Shown here piece after piece: positions 37,702 through 40,181 of a DNA stretch of 40,181 nucleotides (position 1 is its first letter; every line of letters begins with the position of its first letter). Where the stretch lies: positions 1-40,181 of the forward strand of contig JAYUVP010000093.1 of the NCBI GenBank assembly GCA_043753995.1, in the 5' to 3' direction. The notes beneath the pieces were generated by a model. It was not told the DNA's origin. It did not search any database and worked only from the letters and a program-made list of their open reading frames with translations. The DNA comes from Fibrobacterota bacterium (GTDB lineage Bacteria > Fibrobacterota > Fibrobacteria > UBA11236). Made by a program: the position numbers and the translations under genes.

Positions 37702-38207
37702 TTCGACACCTTGATTCTCCCAGTCGAAGCCAAAATGCTCACCGTATCCTTCCGGCTACCGGTAGTCACCACGATTTTACTGCTATTCCAGGAGGAGCCG
37801 TCACCGCGGAAAATCACCACATTGGAGAAGCCCTGGGGAATAAAAATCTTTGCGCTACGGGGCAAAACCACAGGCTGGCCATAAGATTTGTCGACCGTAC
37901 TGTCATAGCTATAAGCCGTGGGATTGCCATGGTCCTCGAACCTGCGTGCCTGGCTGCTTAGGCTATCGACTTTGAAATAAACGCCGCAATGAATCGAGGG
38001 GTTGGCCATGCTCCGCATCCTGGCGGAGATCAAGGTCTGTTTCACATTCGAAACTGCCGCTCTTTGCTTATAAACGTCCGCTATCGCCTTGCTTGCGGGC
38101 TTAGCCAAGGCTCCCAGGATAGAGACCAAAAAAAGCGCAATAACAAGCTGCACCATGCTGAAGCCCGCTTGTTCCCGTCGTTTGACTTGGCGCATTTCCA
38201 TGGTCAT
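37698..38207 (-). CDS. FimT/FimU (GspH-like) minor pilin (cassette 1)
   Basis: QAG|FSMVQL; ARMRSM; VIFRGDGSS; STGRIKV. Confidence 0.82.
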   Translation of the reverse strand: MTMEMRQVKRREQAGFSMVQLVIALFLVSILGALAKPASKAIADVYKQRAAVSNVKQTLISARMRSMANPSIHCGVYFKVDSLSSQARRFEDHGNPTAYSYDSTVDKSYGQPVVLPRSAKIFIPQGFSNVVIFRGDGSSWNSSKIVVTTGSRKDTVSILASTGRIKVSK

Positions 38208-39953
38208 TCAGTTCAAAAAGCTTTCTCGCTTCCACGAGGCTTGCGGAGTAGACGATTGCTTTTGAATGGGCAAATTGGTCTCGATGCGTATGGTGGAGAG
38301 GTGGGTGTGCCGCTCGCAATAAAAAAGATCGAAGGAATATTTCTCGCCGTATTTGAGAGGGAGATCATCCAAGCGTATCGACGCTGATGCGGGCTGGTGC
38401 GTTGCGCCCAAATCCATCACCAACTGATTATTGATATAAACCCATAAATCGTCATCGCCATTAAAGCTGAAAGTCAAGCCGCTGGACATCACGAAGGTAC
38501 TGTGCATTTCCATGCAAAAGGAGAAGTTGCGCCAATAGCCTTCATTGCCGAAGCCACGTCCATCAAGAGGAAAAAATTGCGGCTCCGCCCCCCCCTGCCG
38601 TGAAAAGACATAGGTGTTTTGACCTAGGGAGGGGTCGCGAGTAAAAGTCAGCGAATCTTTGAACTTCATGTTTTCATAGCGGTTATTGGGGCTAAGGTCG
38701 ATGAGGGAGCAATCCGTGGGATCGTTACCGGAATAGCGAGGGACCTTGGTGATGGATGGATCATTATCCATGAACCAACGGTTGACGCCGCAATTGCCCC
38801 AAGGCGTGCTGGATGGCGTCGGTTTACCGATTTTCGCGAGGCCAAAGTAGGCGGCATCGGTGGCGGTATAATAGGTGAGGGTGGAATTCACCATGCCCGC
38901 CAAGGCTAAATTGCCGGGAGGTGTAAATCTCCCCCCACCGTTTTGAAATTCAGGATTTCGGCCGTCGGAATGAAAATCATAATAGATGACAGGCAGGCTG
39001 AGTTTTTCCGGTGGCGCAATATTGACGGACTTTAATGAAATTAACCGGCTCATGCGCTGACGATAGCTGGAGTCCTGTCCCAATACCCGGAAGGCCTCGG
39101 CTGAAACACCGTAAATTCTTTCGCCTGCGCGCGTGACCGAATATTTCACCGAGCGGCGCCCAAGATTCGCCGATCCTTCAAAGGCCGGCTTGCTGTCAAA
39201 TGCCGCAATATTGTCTTTAAGGATAGGCTTTTGCATGATCCAATCTGGGCCTTCCCAGCCCACATCGCCATGATCCCTTCCATTTTTCTGCGCGTGATAA
39301 AATTCGAAATAGTAGCGCTTGCCTGGCTCCAGGTATTGAGGCGTTGAAACTCCGCTACCCGATGTGGGCCAACTGTAGGTCCAAGTCGTCAATTGGCAAA
39401 TCGGTTCTTTCGAAAGATTTTCTGGTTTTTCGTCAGTGGACAAATACAGCGCAGCACAATCGTCGGCACGGATAAAGAATTTGAAATTTCCCGAAACCGG
39501 AGGCAAGACATAACCTCGCCATTGCACCAGATAATCATCTGTCTTCCAATTGCTGCCTAAGAAATCAGATGAATCGATAGTGCTCGGTGACGAATGAGCC
39601 TCGGCGTAGGACTTCATTCCCACGGCGTCATAAGGGCCGGCATAGGGCTTCCAGACCTTACCCGTGATTTTCCCGCCGAGATTGACCATGTAAAGCGAAT
39701 CCCGCCCGTCAAGAATTTCCTGCGAAATCAAGGTGACCATGCCGTCTGAAGCATAAAAGCTCTGCAACTGGTTCTTGTTATTCAATCCGCCCGACTTATT
39801 CATGCGCGCACTCACCAGCATGGCGGTGCCGATGGCGGTGATGGCGAGAACCATAAGCAAGGAGAAAATCAGAATGAAGCCGCTTTGATTGGCGGTACCC
39901 TGAGAATGCTCTTTACAAAATGTCACGGTTGACCACTTCTCGTTTTGGATCAA
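38208..39953 (-). CDS. PilX-like minor pilin fused to PA14 and fibro-slime domains (cassette 1)
   Basis: QSG|FILIF lacking E5, SFYASDG; PA14 (WRGYVLPPVSGNFKFFIRADDCAAL..GKRYYFEF); fibro-slime (FFPLDG, NFSFCMEMH, GDDDLWVYINNQLVMDLGATH, FYCERH). Start uncertain (TTG 39953 or GTG 39926). Confidence 0.85.
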   Translation of the reverse strand: MIQNEKWSTVTFCKEHSQGTANQSGFILIFSLLMVLAITAIGTAMLVSARMNKSGGLNNKNQLQSFYASDGMVTLISQEILDGRDSLYMVNLGGKITGKVWKPYAGPYDAVGMKSYAEAHSSPSTIDSSDFLGSNWKTDDYLVQWRGYVLPPVSGNFKFFIRADDCAALYLSTDEKPENLSKEPICQLTTWTYSWPTSGSGVSTPQYLEPGKRYYFEFYHAQKNGRDHGDVGWEGPDWIMQKPILKDNIAAFDSKPAFEGSANLGRRSVKYSVTRAGERIYGVSAEAFRVLGQDSSYRQRMSRLISLKSVNIAPPEKLSLPVIYYDFHSDGRNPEFQNGGGRFTPPGNLALAGMVNSTLTYYTATDAAYFGLAKIGKPTPSSTPWGNCGVNRWFMDNDPSITKVPRYSGNDPTDCSLIDLSPNNRYENMKFKDSLTFTRDPSLGQNTYVFSRQGGAEPQFFPLDGRGFGNEGYWRNFSFCMEMHSTFVMSSGLTFSFNGDDDLWVYINNQLVMDLGATHQPASASIRLDDLPLKYGEKYSFDLFYCERHTHLSTIRIETNLPIQKQSSTPQASWKRESFLN

Positions 39954-40132
39954 GGCCTTGGATTTCTTTCCAAAGCTCCTAGCCCATAGAAATCCTACTG
40001 GCTGGTCGAACCGCAGGCGGCAATCAAATAGCCATTAAAAAGTCAATTTCACGGCACTAAGCAGGCAAAAAACCAACAAAACAAAAAACTCTTCAAATAC
40101 TAAACGTCAAATCGTATCGGCTTTAATTGCAC

Positions 40133-40163
40133 AAAAAAAGGCCGGCCCCTGAGGAGCCGGCCT
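40133..40163 (-). terminator. Intrinsic terminator of an upstream gene lying outside the window
   Basis: Minus strand AGGCCGGC-TCC-TCA-GGG-GCCGGCCT followed by a T-run. Confidence 0.8.
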
Positions 40164-40181
40164 GATTTTACCATCCAAGAA

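Noticed and set aside
32905..39953. DGR or shufflon-type diversification of the paralogous adhesins
   Set aside because: No reverse transcriptase or recombinase, no near-identical template/variable repeat pair, and all genes are co-oriented.

Overview
Gene-dense bacterial chromosomal window, probably from a Fibrobacterota-like diderm (inferred from fibro-slime domains, a Fibrobacter-type LexA box and a basic T9SS-like C-terminal domain). In order it carries: a truncated Ig-repeat surface protein and a secreted collagen/peptidase-S74 fibre protein; a candidate orphan effector-immunity pair (OmpA-like/PG-binding/TIGR02594 amidase plus an AT-rich lipoprotein); a non-heme haloperoxidase-type hydrolase; envelope glycan genes (Wzx, GT4, GT9, SGNH, AT3, GtrB-like GT2, methyltransferase, YfhO-like GT-C) interrupted by a Phd/YefM-RelE/ParE toxin-antitoxin module; an unusual operon of MCP, MauG-like di-heme enzyme, cupredoxin and cytochrome P460; a beta-propeller lipoprotein; FkpA; a 4-PAS hybrid histidine kinase; a PEP-CTERM phytase-like protein; a probably SOS-controlled degenerate nuclease-fold gene; and two tandem, order-permuted type IV minor-pilin cassettes whose PilX-like subunits are fused to PA14 and fibro-slime domains. 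I saw no rRNA, tRNA, CRISPR, transposase or integrase. All family assignments come from motif recognition by eye, not database searches.
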